The notes under the pieces were generated by a model. It searched no databases. It was given only the letters and a program-made list of their open reading frames with translations, and was not told where the DNA came from. Shown one piece after another: positions 38,222 through 48,121 of a stretch of 64,000 nucleotides of DNA (positions are counted from its first letter, which is position 1; every line of letters starts with the position of its first letter). Origin of the DNA: an uncultured Actinomycetes bacterium (GTDB lineage Bacteria; Actinomycetota; Thermoleophilia; Gaiellales; Gaiellaceae); assembly GCA_963746155.1 (NCBI GenBank), contig CAVVAB010000012.1, positions 364,450 to 428,449 on the forward strand, read 5' to 3'. The translations under genes and the position numbers were made by a program.

Positions 38222-39256
38222 TTGGACGTCGCGCTCAAGATCTGGCGGTTCGACCCGGAGTCCGGCGAGAAGGCGCTGCGCGAGTACGAGGTCGACGCGC
38301 CGGAGTGGGCCTGCCTCCTCGACGTCCTCGACCTGATCAAGGACAAGCACGACGGCACGCTCGCGTACCGCAAGAGCTGCCGCATGATGATCTGCGGCTC
38401 CTGCGGGATGAGGATGGACGGCCGTGCGGTGCTCGCCTGCAAGGAGCGGATGAAGCCGATCGCCGACGCGGGGCACGTTCCCGTGATCTCGGCAATGGGG
38501 AACATGCCCGTGCTCAAGGACCTCGTCGTCGACATGGCGCCCTTCTGGAGCAAGATCCGCGCGGTCAAGCCCTGGCTCGACCCCGGCTACGACGAGGTCG
38601 CCGAGAAGGAGCGGATCGTCTCCCAGCAGGAGATGAACGCAATCCACAAAGAAGCCCTTTGCATCATGTGCGGCTGCTGCGTCTCCGAGTGCAACTCGAT
38701 GGAGTCCGACCCGGAGTTCCTCGGGCCTGCCGCGTTGGCGAAGGGCTTCCGGTTCGTCGGCGACGCGCGCGACCACGCCGACGTCGAGCGGCTCAACGAG
38801 CTCAACGAGGAGCACGGGATCTGGGACTGCACGCGCTGCTACTTCTGCAATGAGCGCTGCCCGAAGGGCGTCGACCCGCGCGACGCGATCGCCAAGCTCG
38901 GCGCCGAGTCGATCAAGCAGGGGATCGACCACGACATGGGCGCGAAGCACGCGAAATGGTTCGTCCGCTCGGCCGAGACGACCGGCTGGCTGCGGGAGAC
39001 CGAGCTCGTGCCGAAGACGCAGGGGATCCTCGAGGCGATCAAGCAGACCGGGTTCGCGCTCAGGCTCGCGCGGCGCGGCAAGGTCCCGCCGCCGTTCCCG
39101 CCGCACGTCGCCAAGGACGTGAAGGAGGCCCGCCAGCTTCGCGAGCTCGTGAAGGAGCAGGGCCGCGAGGGCGCGCTCGGGATCATCCAGGGCGAGCATG
39201 CTCTCAGCAGGATCGAGTTCCAGCAGGAGTCCGAGGAGCGGGAGGCGGAGTCGTGA
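38222..39256 (+). CDS. sdhB: succinate dehydrogenase iron-sulfur subunit with a C-terminal extension of about 90 aa
   Basis: 2Fe-2S: SCRMMICGSCGM..C. 4Fe-4S/3Fe-4S: CIMCGCCVSEC and CTRCYFCNERCP. 344 aa. TTG start. Confidence 0.9.
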   Translation: MDVALKIWRFDPESGEKALREYEVDAPEWACLLDVLDLIKDKHDGTLAYRKSCRMMICGSCGMRMDGRAVLACKERMKPIADAGHVPVISAMGNMPVLKDLVVDMAPFWSKIRAVKPWLDPGYDEVAEKERIVSQQEMNAIHKEALCIMCGCCVSECNSMESDPEFLGPAALAKGFRFVGDARDHADVERLNELNEEHGIWDCTRCYFCNERCPKGVDPRDAIAKLGAESIKQGIDHDMGAKHAKWFVRSAETTGWLRETELVPKTQGILEAIKQTGFALRLARRGKVPPPFPPHVAKDVKEARQLRELVKEQGREGALGIIQGEHALSRIEFQQESEEREAES

Positions 39257-40137
39257 GGAAGGTCGCGTACTACACGGGCTGCCTCGCGGCGCTCTCGGCG
39301 AAGGAGCTCAACAGCTCGACGAAGGCGCTGGCGCCGAAGGTCGGGCTCGAGCTCGTCGAGCTGGAGTCGGTCACCTGCTGCGGCGCAGGCGACATCCACG
39401 AGGCCGAGCCTGATTACTACCTCCACCTGAACGCGCGGATCCTCGCCTATGCCGAGGAGACCGGCTGCGACACGCTGCTGACGATCTGCAACGTCTGCAC
39501 GCTCAACCTGCGCCAGGCGAACTTCCAGCTGCAGAACGACCCCGACCTGCTCGCGCGCGTCAACGTCAACCTCGAGACGGTCGGCGCGCCGCCGTACTCG
39601 GGCGCAGTCGAGGTCAAGCACCTGCTCTGGCTGATCGCCGAGGGCGACGGCTACGAGCGGCTCAAGCAGGTCGCGCACAAGGGCCTGAAGGGTCTCCGCG
39701 TGGCGCCGTTCTACGGCTGCCAGATCCTGCGGCCGTCCAAGATCCTCGGCTTCGAGGATCCCGACAAGCCGTGGTCGCTCGAGGCGATCATCGAGGCCTG
39801 TGGCGGCGAGCCGATCGACTATCCGGCGAAGATCAAGTGCTGCGGCTTCCCGATCATCCAGGCACGCGAGGACGTCGCGCTCGGGGAGCTGATCCAGCCG
39901 ATCGAGCAGGCGACCGAGGCGGGCGCTGACGCGATGGTCACCCCGTGCCCGCTGTGCCACCTCTCGCTCGACGCGTGGCAGCTGAAGCTGCGGCAGCAGA
40001 CCGGGAAGGACTTCGCGATGCCGATCCTGCACCTCTCGCAGCTGATCGGCGTTGCCGCCGGCCTCGAGGAGTCCGAGCTGAAGTTCAAGCGGCACGTCAT
40101 CTCGGTCGGCCCGGTCATCGAGAAGCTCGAGGCGTAG
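39253..40137 (+). CDS. CCG-domain (HdrB-like) subunit of a non-classical (type E-like) succinate:quinone oxidoreductase
   Basis: Two CCG motifs (ESVTCCGAG and KIKCCGFP), plus CPLCH. The GTG overlaps the sdhB TGA (GTGA). Confidence 0.8.
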   Translation: MRKVAYYTGCLAALSAKELNSSTKALAPKVGLELVELESVTCCGAGDIHEAEPDYYLHLNARILAYAEETGCDTLLTICNVCTLNLRQANFQLQNDPDLLARVNVNLETVGAPPYSGAVEVKHLLWLIAEGDGYERLKQVAHKGLKGLRVAPFYGCQILRPSKILGFEDPDKPWSLEAIIEACGGEPIDYPAKIKCCGFPIIQAREDVALGELIQPIEQATEAGADAMVTPCPLCHLSLDAWQLKLRQQTGKDFAMPILHLSQLIGVAAGLEESELKFKRHVISVGPVIEKLEA

Positions 40138-40140
40138 CCC

Positions 40141-40957
40141 TTGAGAGCCGTACGGCTCGGAGCCGCCGCAGCGGCGGCCGGGCTGGCGTGGGGTCATTTC
40201 GAGGCAGGGTGGGTCCGGCTCGACACGCTCGCCTGCCCGCTGCCCGGGCTCCCGCCCGAGCTGGAAGGCCTGCGGATCGCGCACCTGTCCGACTTCCACC
40301 TCGGCTTTCCGTCGCGTGGGCGCGTCGCCGTCGCGCGGGCCGTCGACTGGGTCGCGGAGCGGCAGCCCGACCTGACGATGATCAGCGGCGACCTGCTGTC
40401 GCGCCGCTCTGGAGAGGCCGAGCTCCGGTCGATGCTCGCGCGGATGCCGAACTGCTTCGCCGTGCTCGGCAACCACGACTTCGCGCTCACTCGCGACCCG
40501 TTCTCGCACCCGGCGGACGTCGTCGACCTCGAGCCGGCGACCCTCCTCACCGACGACTCGCGCACGATCGAGCTGAGGGGGAAGCGCGTGCAGATCGTCG
40601 GCGTCGACCCGCGCTCGTACCGCCGCAAGCTGGCGCGCGCCGGAGGCGCTCGCGGACCCGGCTGCCGACCTGCGGATCCTGCTCTGCCACTTCCCGGAAG
40701 TGATCGACCGGCTCCCGGCGGGTGCGTTCGACCTCGTGCTTTCGGGCCACCTGCACGCCGGCCAGATCTGCGTCCCGTGGCCGGGCGGCCGCCTGCGGCT
40801 GGCGCACACCCACTGGACGTACATCCGCGGCCTCTACCACCGGCCCGCGGCGACGCTGCACCTCTCGGCGGGGCTGGGAACGACATTTGTCCCGTTTCGC
40901 TTCCTCGCGCGCCCGGAGGCGACCGAGCTGATCTTAGGAGGGGTTGATCGAGCCTAG
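40141..40957 (+). pseudogene. metallophosphoesterase, frame break near 40635
   Basis: IAHLSDFHLG..ISGDLL..LGNHDF.. (ORF 40141) continues as PEALADPAADLRILLCHFPEV..LSGHLHAGQ.. in the frame of ORF 40700-40957. Confidence 0.75.
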
Positions 40958-41112
40958 TCTGTGCCGCCGGGCCGCGCTGTCCGTCCCGAGACCGCGTCCT
41001 CAGTCGTGCCCGTAGCTTCCCACTACGGGCACTCCCTGCGTCCTTGTCACGGAACGGCCATCGCACCCCGACGACGAGCGAGGCCCGGCCAACCCCTCCT
41101 AGAATCCGCGTG

Positions 41113-41412
41113 ATGGAGGGCACCGCGAGCGTCGCCTCCGACGTTCTTGCCAGGTACGCGGCCGACGCCGCACTCGAGGTCGACGGCGTCCGCGGGCTGG
41201 TCGAGAAGCGGATGCCTCGCCAGGCAGGCGTGCGCATCGAGGAGGAGAACGGGCGCGCGGCAGTCGAGCTGCACGTCGAGCTCGAGTGGGGCGCCTCGGC
41301 CGAAGCGGTCGGCCGGGAGGTCCAGCGGCGCGTCGCCGACTACCTCGAGCGCATGGCCGGGGCGAGGCCGGCGGCCGTGAATGTCGTCGTGGACGCGATA
41401 GGCCGTCCGTGA
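41113..41412 (+). CDS. Asp23/Gls24 family envelope-stress protein
   Basis: MEGTASVASDVLARYAADAALEVDGVRGLV..VELHVELEWGASAEAVGREVQRRVADYL. An in-frame GTG 3 nt upstream is also possible. Confidence 0.75.
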   Translation: MEGTASVASDVLARYAADAALEVDGVRGLVEKRMPRQAGVRIEEENGRAAVELHVELEWGASAEAVGREVQRRVADYLERMAGARPAAVNVVVDAIGRP

Positions 41413-42038
41413 AGACTCGGCTTGCCGGGCTCACGGGCGCGACCCTCGAGCAGGTTTCGCCCGTCTGCCACGACTGCGTGTGGTGGCAGTCGCGCACCGC
41501 GGGCCGGAGCGTCGACAAGACGCGCTGGATCGAGAAGGCCGAGACGGAGTTCGGCGCCTGGGGAACCGTCTACTACGACGACGACGGGCGCGTGCTCGGC
41601 TCGATGCAGTACGGGCCGTCCGGCCTCTACCCGCGTGCGGCCGAGCTTCCGGCCGGGCCGCCCTCGGACGACGCGCTGTTCGTCACCTGCGCCTACCTGA
41701 TCGACCGCACGAGCCCCTGGGTGCTGCAGTCGCTGTTCCTCGCCGCGATCGGCGAGGCCAAGGACAAGGGCGCAGCGGCGCTCGAGGCGTTCGCGTACCG
41801 CTACCGCGAGGGCGAGTCCGACTACGAGCGCTTCCTCGTCCACCGCACGGTGTTCCCGCACGACTTCCTGGCCGACTTCGGCTTCCAGACCGTGCGCGCG
41901 GCCGGGCCGCTCGAGCTCGCGCGGCTGGAGCTCGGCGGGCTCCTGCCGGTGGTCGAGAGCAAGCGGGCGCGGTTGTGGCGCTCCCTGAAGGACGCGTTCA
42001 TGCCGGAGCCTGTTCCGGCTCCCAGAGGCCCTACCTAG
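41409..42038 (+). CDS. hypothetical protein (possible acetyltransferase-like fold), coupled to the Asp23 gene
   Basis: The GTG overlaps the preceding TGA (GTGA). N-terminal CHDCVWWQ motif. 209 aa. Function not recognised. Confidence 0.5.
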   Translation: MKTRLAGLTGATLEQVSPVCHDCVWWQSRTAGRSVDKTRWIEKAETEFGAWGTVYYDDDGRVLGSMQYGPSGLYPRAAELPAGPPSDDALFVTCAYLIDRTSPWVLQSLFLAAIGEAKDKGAAALEAFAYRYREGESDYERFLVHRTVFPHDFLADFGFQTVRAAGPLELARLELGGLLPVVESKRARLWRSLKDAFMPEPVPAPRGPT

Positions 42039-42053
42039 GATTCGCCGCAGCGG

Positions 42054-42515
42054 CTAGTAGGCGTTGGACAGGGCGGCGCGGAGTGCCGAGGGCGTCGTGA
42101 CGACCAGGCGGATCGGACGGCCGGTCGCGAGCTTCAGGCGCGGCAGGAGCTTGTCGTCGGTCGGGTCGATTACCGCGACCGAGATGTCGCCGTCCGGGTG
42201 GAGCCGGAGCGGGATCGCACGCAGCCGGAGGGCCTCCTCGCTCGGGAGGAGGACCACCGCTCGTGGGTCGAACGAGGTGACGCCGATGTCGACGAAATCG
42301 ATGTTCGCCTGATCCGCGAGCGCCCGCGCGATGTCGTTCTCGAAGCAGATCCGGAGGCGGACCAGCGCCTCGCCCAGCAGCTCGCCCTCGTCCTGCTCGG
42401 CGAGCGCCCGGTCGAGGTCCTCGTGCGTGACCAGCCCTTTGCGCAAGAGCAGCGCGCCGAGGCGCGAGCGAGGCTCGTCTTCGAAAAAGGTGTGGTCGAG
42501 TCGCGCGGGCCGCAT
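42054..42515 (-). CDS. stand-alone T2SSE_N / MshEN-type domain protein (putative c-di-GMP receptor)
   Basis: RLGALLLRKGLVTHEDLDRALAEQ is followed, after DEGE, by LLGEALVRLRICFENDIARALADQ. 153 aa, with no ATPase domain. Confidence 0.7.
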   Translation of the reverse strand: MRPARLDHTFFEDEPRSRLGALLLRKGLVTHEDLDRALAEQDEGELLGEALVRLRICFENDIARALADQANIDFVDIGVTSFDPRAVVLLPSEEALRLRAIPLRLHPDGDISVAVIDPTDDKLLPRLKLATGRPIRLVVTTPSALRAALSNAY

Positions 42516-42587
42516 TCCCAGAACCGGTTATCGGGATTTCGAGGCCGTGACTTGAGAACATCAGCCCGACACCGAAGGAGGCTCAAG

Positions 42588-42956
42588 ATGATCGACCACG
42601 TCACGGCGAACGTCAGCGATATCGGGCAGGCGAAAGGCTTCTACGAGCAGGTGCTGAAGCCGCTCGGATACTCGCTTCAGGCGGACTTCGAGGGCATGGC
42701 CGCGGGCTTCGGCTCCGGCGAGGGCGTCCCGGACTTCTGGATCGGCTCGAGCTCCGAGCGAGGCGCGACGCACGTCGCGTTCGGCGTGAGCGACCGCGCG
42801 ACCGTGGACGCGTTTTACGAAGCGGCGGTTGCGGCGGGCGGCAAGGACAACGGCGCGCCCGGCGTGCGCGACCACTACCACGAGAACTACTACGCGGCGT
42901 TCGTCCACGACGCCGACGGCAACAACATCGAGGCGGTCTGCCACCGGCCCGAGTGA
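42588..42956 (+). CDS. VOC (glyoxalase/bleomycin-resistance/dioxygenase) family protein
   Basis: MIDHVTANVSDIGQAKGFYEQVL..THVAFGV..YYAAFVHDADGNNIEAV. GAAGGAGG SD upstream. Confidence 0.85.
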   Translation: MIDHVTANVSDIGQAKGFYEQVLKPLGYSLQADFEGMAAGFGSGEGVPDFWIGSSSERGATHVAFGVSDRATVDAFYEAAVAAGGKDNGAPGVRDHYHENYYAAFVHDADGNNIEAVCHRPE

Positions 42957-42972
42957 AGCCCGGCTGACGGGC

Positions 42973-43896
42973 TCAGGCGGCGACGGCGCGGCTCGAGAGG
43001 ACGAGCTCGGCGATCTGGATGCCGTTCAACGCTGCGCCCTTGCGCAGGTTGTCGCAGGCGAGGAAGAGCGAGAGGCCGTTCTCGGCGCCCGGGTCGCGGC
43101 GGATCCGGCCGACGAGCACCTCGTCGCCGCCCGCAGCCTGGCCGGGGGTGGGGAACTCCTCGACCTGCACCGACGGGGCGGCGGCGAGCAGCTCGCGCGC
43201 CTGATCGGGCGTTAGCGGCTGCTCGGTCTCGACCCAGACCGACTCGGCGTGGCCGACGGGGACGGGCACGCGAACGCAGGTCGCGCTCAGCGGTAGCTCC
43301 GGGAGCTCGAGGATCTTGCGCGTCTCCTCACGGAGCTTCGTCTCCTCCTCGAACTCCTCGCCGTCGTAGTCCCAGTCCATCGCCAGGTCGTGCTCGGCCT
43401 GCGGCTCGACGAGCAGCCGCTGCAAGCGCTGCGCCCCCGCGCCCGAGGCCGACTGATACGTGGCGACGCGCACCGTCCGGAGGCCGGCCGCGTCGTGGAG
43501 CGGCTTCAGCACGAGCGCGAGCGGGATCGCGCAGCAGTTCGGGTTGGCCAGGATCCCCGTGTGCTCGCGGGCACGCGCGCCGTTCACCTCCGGGACGACG
43601 AGCGGGATCCCGTCCTCGAGGCGGAACGCGGCCGACTTGTCGATGCAGATGGCGCCTCCGCGCACCGCGTGCGGCACGAGCTTGCGGCTCGCGGTCGACC
43701 CGACCGAGAAGAAGCAGAGGTCGAAGCCCCCGAGCGTCTCCGGCGTCGCCTGCTCGACGCGGAGGCCACGAATCTCGCTCCCGGCCGAGCGCGCCGATGC
43801 GAACAGGTGCAGGTCGTCGAACCCGCGGCCGAGAAGCAGGTCGACGGTGATCTGCCCGACCGCGCCCGTTGCGCCAACGACCGCCACCTTAGGCAT
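42973..43896 (-). CDS. asd: aspartate-semialdehyde dehydrogenase
   Basis: [23 protein letters not shown] (active-site Cys)..SASGAG. Overlaps the ask stop. Confidence 0.95.
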   Translation of the reverse strand: MPKVAVVGATGAVGQITVDLLLGRGFDDLHLFASARSAGSEIRGLRVEQATPETLGGFDLCFFSVGSTASRKLVPHAVRGGAICIDKSAAFRLEDGIPLVVPEVNGARAREHTGILANPNCCAIPLALVLKPLHDAAGLRTVRVATYQSASGAGAQRLQRLLVEPQAEHDLAMDWDYDGEEFEEETKLREETRKILELPELPLSATCVRVPVPVGHAESVWVETEQPLTPDQARELLAAAPSVQVEEFPTPGQAAGGDEVLVGRIRRDPGAENGLSLFLACDNLRKGAALNGIQIAELVLSSRAVAA

Positions 43897-45139
43897 GAGC
43901 GCGCTCCGCTTCCGGCGCGTCGAGCTCGTAGGCGCGGTGCAGCACGACGACCGCCTTCTCGACCTCGTCGCTGCGCACGTGGCACGAGATCTTGATCGGC
44001 GAGGTCGTCACGACCTCCGGCTCGATGCCGGCGTCCGCAAGGGTCTGGAAGGCCTTCGCGGCCACGCCCGGGTGGCTCTTCATGCCCGCGCCGATGACGC
44101 TGACCTTGCCGAGGTCGTCCCGCGCGCTCCACTGGGCGCCGAGCTCGTCGAGGACGGCGGCCGCGGCGACGCGGTCGTCCGCGGGCGCCGAGAAGACGAT
44201 CTCCGGCCCGGTGCGGACGATCGTGTCGACGTTCACGCCGGCCTCGGCCAGCGCGGAGAACAGGCGCGCGGGTGTCGTTCCCTCGACGCGATACAGGGTC
44301 TCCTCGAGCGTGTGCGTGACTCCGGAGATCAGCGCCTTCTCGAGCATCCGTTCGTCCTCCTCGCGAATCCACGTTCCGTCCGCTCCCGAGAACGTCGAGC
44401 GGACATGCAGTTTGACGGAATGGTTGCGCGCGACCTCTACCGCCCGCACCTGCAGCACCTTGGCCCCCGACGCAGCCATCTCGAGCATCTCCTCGTAGCT
44501 GACCGCGTGCAGCTTGCGCGCGTCTGACACCAGCCGCGGATCGGCCGTGAAGACGCCGTCGACATCGGTGTAGATCTCGCAGACCTCGGCGCCGAGCGCA
44601 GCCGCGAGCGCGACAGCGGTCGTGTCCGAGCCGCCGCGGCCGAGGGTGGTGATGTCCAGGTCCGTCGAGACGCCCTGGAAGCCTGCGACGAGCACGATCC
44701 GGTCCTGGTCCAGCGCCTCGTGGATGCGGCGCGCGCGGACGTCGACGATCTTCGCCCGGCCGTGCACCGTGTCCGTCACGATTCCCGCCTGCGACCCGGT
44801 CAGCGAGATCGCCTCGGCGCCGAGGTCGTGGATCGCCATCGCGGCGAGCGCGCAGGAGATACGCTCGCCCACCGAGATCAGCATGTCGAGCTCGCGCGGC
44901 TTGGGCTGCGGCGAGACCTCGTAGGCCAGCCGGACCAGGTCGTCGGTCGAGTCGCCCATCGCCGAGAGCACGGCCACGACGCGGTTGCCCTCGGCCCGCG
45001 CGGCCACGAGACGTCGCGCGACGTCCTTGATCTTGTCGGGGTCGGCGACCGAGGTGCCGCCGAACTTCATCACCAGCGTCCCGAGTCGCGGCTCCGCGCC
45101 CTCGACGGCGGGAAGCGCCTCGAATTCAGTCGTCGTCAC
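43889..45139 (-). CDS. lysC: aspartate kinase
   Basis: [25 protein letters not shown]... Tandem C-terminal ACT domains. Confidence 0.95.
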   Translation of the reverse strand: MTTTEFEALPAVEGAEPRLGTLVMKFGGTSVADPDKIKDVARRLVAARAEGNRVVAVLSAMGDSTDDLVRLAYEVSPQPKPRELDMLISVGERISCALAAMAIHDLGAEAISLTGSQAGIVTDTVHGRAKIVDVRARRIHEALDQDRIVLVAGFQGVSTDLDITTLGRGGSDTTAVALAAALGAEVCEIYTDVDGVFTADPRLVSDARKLHAVSYEEMLEMAASGAKVLQVRAVEVARNHSVKLHVRSTFSGADGTWIREEDERMLEKALISGVTHTLEETLYRVEGTTPARLFSALAEAGVNVDTIVRTGPEIVFSAPADDRVAAAAVLDELGAQWSARDDLGKVSVIGAGMKSHPGVAAKAFQTLADAGIEPEVVTTSPIKISCHVRSDEVEKAVVVLHRAYELDAPEAERAHA

Positions 45140-45169
45140 GGCAGGAAGTCTAGGGAAGGGCTCCGGACC

Positions 45170-45760
45170 CTACATTTCGCGGCGGCCCGAGAGCGCCCTG
45201 CCGAGCGTGACCTCGTCCGCGTACTCGAGGTCGGCGCCGACGGGAAGGCCGCTCGCGAGCCGGGTCACGCGCACCCGGCCGCGCAGGCGGTCGGCAAGGT
45301 AGGCGGCGGTCGCCTCGCCGGTCATGTTCGGGTTCGTCGCGAGCACGACCTCCTGGACGCCGTTGCGCTCGACGCGGCCGAGGAGCTCGTCGATGCGCAG
45401 GTGCTCGGGCTCGACGCCGTCGAGCGGCGAGAGCGCGCCGCCGAGCACGTGGTAGAGGCCGCGGTACTCGTGCGTGCGCTCGACCGAGATCAGGTCGGCC
45501 GGCTGCTCGACGACGCAGACGGTCGTGTGGTCGCGCCGCGCGTCGCGGCAGATGTCGCAGGTCTCCTCCTCGGTCAGGTTCCCGCACTCGCGGCAGAAGC
45601 GGACGCGCTCCTTGACCTCGGCGATCGCCGCCGCGAGCGCGAGCGCCTCGTCCTTCGGGACGCGGAGGATGTGGAACGCGAGCCGCTGCGCCGTCCGCTG
45701 GCCGACGCTCGGGAGCCGCGTCAGCTGCGCTACGAGGTTGTCGACGGACGGGCTGAACAT
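45170..45760 (-). CDS. recR: recombination protein RecR
   Basis: LPSVGQRTAQRLAFH helix-hairpin-helix. C4 zinc finger CRECGNLTEEETCDIC. Toprim domain. Confidence 0.95.
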   Translation of the reverse strand: MFSPSVDNLVAQLTRLPSVGQRTAQRLAFHILRVPKDEALALAAAIAEVKERVRFCRECGNLTEEETCDICRDARRDHTTVCVVEQPADLISVERTHEYRGLYHVLGGALSPLDGVEPEHLRIDELLGRVERNGVQEVVLATNPNMTGEATAAYLADRLRGRVRVTRLASGLPVGADLEYADEVTLGRALSGRREM

Positions 45761-45789
45761 GGCTGGATTGTGCCTGTCGGCTCCGGCCG

Positions 45790-46155
45790 TCAGTCCTCGG
45801 GGTAGCGCGCGAGCAGTTGCTCGGCCAACTCCTCCTCGACGTGCTCCCTTGCGATGCTGAGACAGCGCACCGCTGTTATCGCGCTGACCCGGCCTCCGCG
45901 CTTCCCTCCGCGCGCGATCGCCCGCTCGCCGACGACGTCTCCGGGCCCGCGCTCGAGCCGTGCCGTAGGCGCCTGGACGGCCACGCGGCCTTCGAGGATC
46001 AGGTAGAGGCCGGAGGCCGGCATGTCGTACTCGATCAGGACGTGACCCGGCGGGAACTCGGCCTCGGTGGCGACTCCGGCGAGGCGGCTGAGCGTTTCGT
46101 CAGACATGTCGGCAAACGCGGACGCAGCTCGCAGCGCTTCGTAGACCTCGGTCAT
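45790..46155 (-). CDS. stand-alone cyclic-nucleotide-binding (CAP effector-like) domain protein
   Basis: ..FPPGHVLIEYDMPASGLYLILEGRVAV..GDVVGERAI..AITAVRCLSI... 121 aa, lying between ybaB and recR. Confidence 0.65.
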   Translation of the reverse strand: MTEVYEALRAASAFADMSDETLSRLAGVATEAEFPPGHVLIEYDMPASGLYLILEGRVAVQAPTARLERGPGDVVGERAIARGGKRGGRVSAITAVRCLSIAREHVEEELAEQLLARYPED

Positions 46156-46156
46156 C

Positions 46157-46480
46157 TCACATCCCCGGGAGGCCGAGGCCGTGGAGCCCGCCCAGCGCTG
46201 GGCCGAGCTTGGACTCGACCAGGCTCTGCGCTGAACGAAGGGCCTCGTTGACGGCCGCCACGATCATGTCCGCGAGCAGCTCTGGATCGTTCGGGTCGAT
46301 CGCCTTCGGGTCGATCGTGATCTCGCGGATCTCGCCGCTGCCCGTCGCCACGACCGTGACCATCCCGCCGCCCGCGGTCGCCTGGACGGTCTCGTCCTTG
46401 AGCTCCTCCTGTGCCTGCTCCATCTGCGCCTGCATCTCCTGGAGCTGCTGGAGCATCTTGTTCATGTCCATGCCACTCAT
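46157..46480 (-). CDS. ybaB: YbaB/EbfC family nucleoid-associated protein
   Basis: MNKMLQQLQEMQAQMEQAQEELKDETVQATAGGGMVTVVATGSGEIREITIDPK... 4-nt overlap with dnaX. Confidence 0.9.
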   Translation of the reverse strand: MSGMDMNKMLQQLQEMQAQMEQAQEELKDETVQATAGGGMVTVVATGSGEIREITIDPKAIDPNDPELLADMIVAAVNEALRSAQSLVESKLGPALGGLHGLGLPGM

Positions 46481-48091
46481 TGCTCTGGCTCCTTCACCTC
46501 TTCTGCGTCGAGGGTTCCCTTCATCAGCTCCACGAAATCCTCCTCGCTGACCGGCTCGTCGGTCTCGTCCTCGCCTTCGTCGCCGTTCTCGCCGACCTCG
46601 AACGCGAGGGCGAGGTGGCGGCCTGTGATCTCGTACAGCGCCTCGGCGAGCAGCGTCGCGTTCTTCGGCTCCTCGGCGAGCTGGCGGTGGAACGACGCGG
46701 CCTGCGGGAACTCGACCGTCAGCGTGTCGCCGGCGAGCCCCTTGGGGTGCGCCTCGCGCAGGACCGAGGCCGTCGGGATCGACTTCTCCTCGACCGCGGG
46801 CAGGATCGTCCGCTGCCAGGCCTCCTGCAGCTGCTCGAGCTCCAGCGACGGCGGCCCCGCCGAGGGCTCCGCCGGCGGCTCCTCCGCCGCCGGACGTGGC
46901 TCTTCCGGCCGCGGCCCGGGGACTGTCCCCGGGTCATGGCTGGAATGGACACCACCGCGCTCGAGCTGCTCCAGCCGGTAGGCCGTCGACTCGCGCGACA
47001 GGTCGGCCGCCGGCCGCGTCACCTTCACGAACGCCAGCTCGAGCGGCAGCCGCGGATCGCCGCCCTGACGCAGGTCCTCGACCGCGACCGCGAGCAGGTC
47101 GCAGAGCCGCAGGACCGTCGCCTCGCCGAGCTGGTTCGCCTGCTCCTTCAGCCGGTCGCGCGTCTCCTCGGTCACCGGCAGCGAGTCCGGAACCTCGCCG
47201 AGGTGCTGGACGAGCATCAGATGGCGCAGGTGCTCGAGCAGGTCGGTGACGAGCCGGCCGAGGTCCTGCCCCTGCTCCGAGAGCTCCTCGATGAAGGTCA
47301 GCGCCCCGGCGGTGTCGCGGTCGACGACGAGGTCGCAGAGCCGGAACAGCGCCTCCTCCTCGACAGCGCCGAGCAGCTGCAGCACCGACTGCACCGTGAC
47401 CTGCTTCTCGGTCGCCGCCGCGAGCTGGTCGAGCGTCGAGACCTGCGTCGCGGAAGGAGCCGCGGGCGCTCGCTGGCGATCAAGCGCCAGGGCCGCATCG
47501 GGCGCCTCGATCCCCTCGCCGTCGCGATCCCGGCGCAGGAGCGTGACGAGCTCCGGCAGCCGCGGTCGCGAGAAGGAGAACGTCTGGCAGCGCGACCGGA
47601 CCGTCGGCAGCATCTTCGAGAGGTCGGTCGTGCAGAAGACGAAGACGAGGTGGGGCGGAGGCTCCTCGATCAGCTTCAACAGCGCGTTCGAAGGCGGCGT
47701 CGGTGAGCTGGTGCGCCTCGTCGAGGATGTAGACCTTGTAGCGGCCCTCGACCGGCTGCAGCACGACGCGCTCGCGGATCTCGCGGATGTCGTCGATCCC
47801 GCGCTGCGAGGCCGCGTCCATCTCGATCACGTCGAGCGAGGTTCCCTCGGCGATCGTGCGGCACGCGTTGCACGTCTTGTCCGGGGTCGGCGTCGGCCCC
47901 TGCTCGCAGTTCAGGGCCTTGGCGAGGATGCGCGCGAGCGAGGTCTTGCCGGTCCCGCGCGGGCCTGCGAACAGGTACGCCTGGCGGATCTGCCCGTGCG
48001 TGATCGCGTTCTGCAGCGTCCGCACGACCGCCTCCTGCCCGACCACCTCGGCGAAGTCCTGAGGGCGGTACTTGCGGTACAGGGCGGCCAC
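46477..48091 (-). pseudogene. dnaX: DNA polymerase III subunit gamma/tau, frame break near 47690 plus a cryptic in-frame scrambled segment at 47442-47483
   Basis: MAALYRKYRPQDFAEVVGQE..GPRGTGKTS..C..C zinc module..ILDEAHQLTDAAF, then ALLKLIEEPPPHLVFVFCTT..SRCQ.. in ORF 46477-47679. Confidence 0.9.
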
Positions 48092-48121
48092 CCGGCGAGC
48101 TTATCGAAGCAGGCGCGACAT

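Noticed and set aside
47680-47700. Programmed ribosomal frameshift or transcriptional slippage in dnaX (as for the gamma subunit in some bacteria)
   Set aside because: The break lies inside the ATPase core (between DEAHQLT..AF and ALLKLIEEPP), not at the domain III boundary. There is no A-rich slippery heptamer. The same kind of one-base shift occurs in about 20 unrelated genes.
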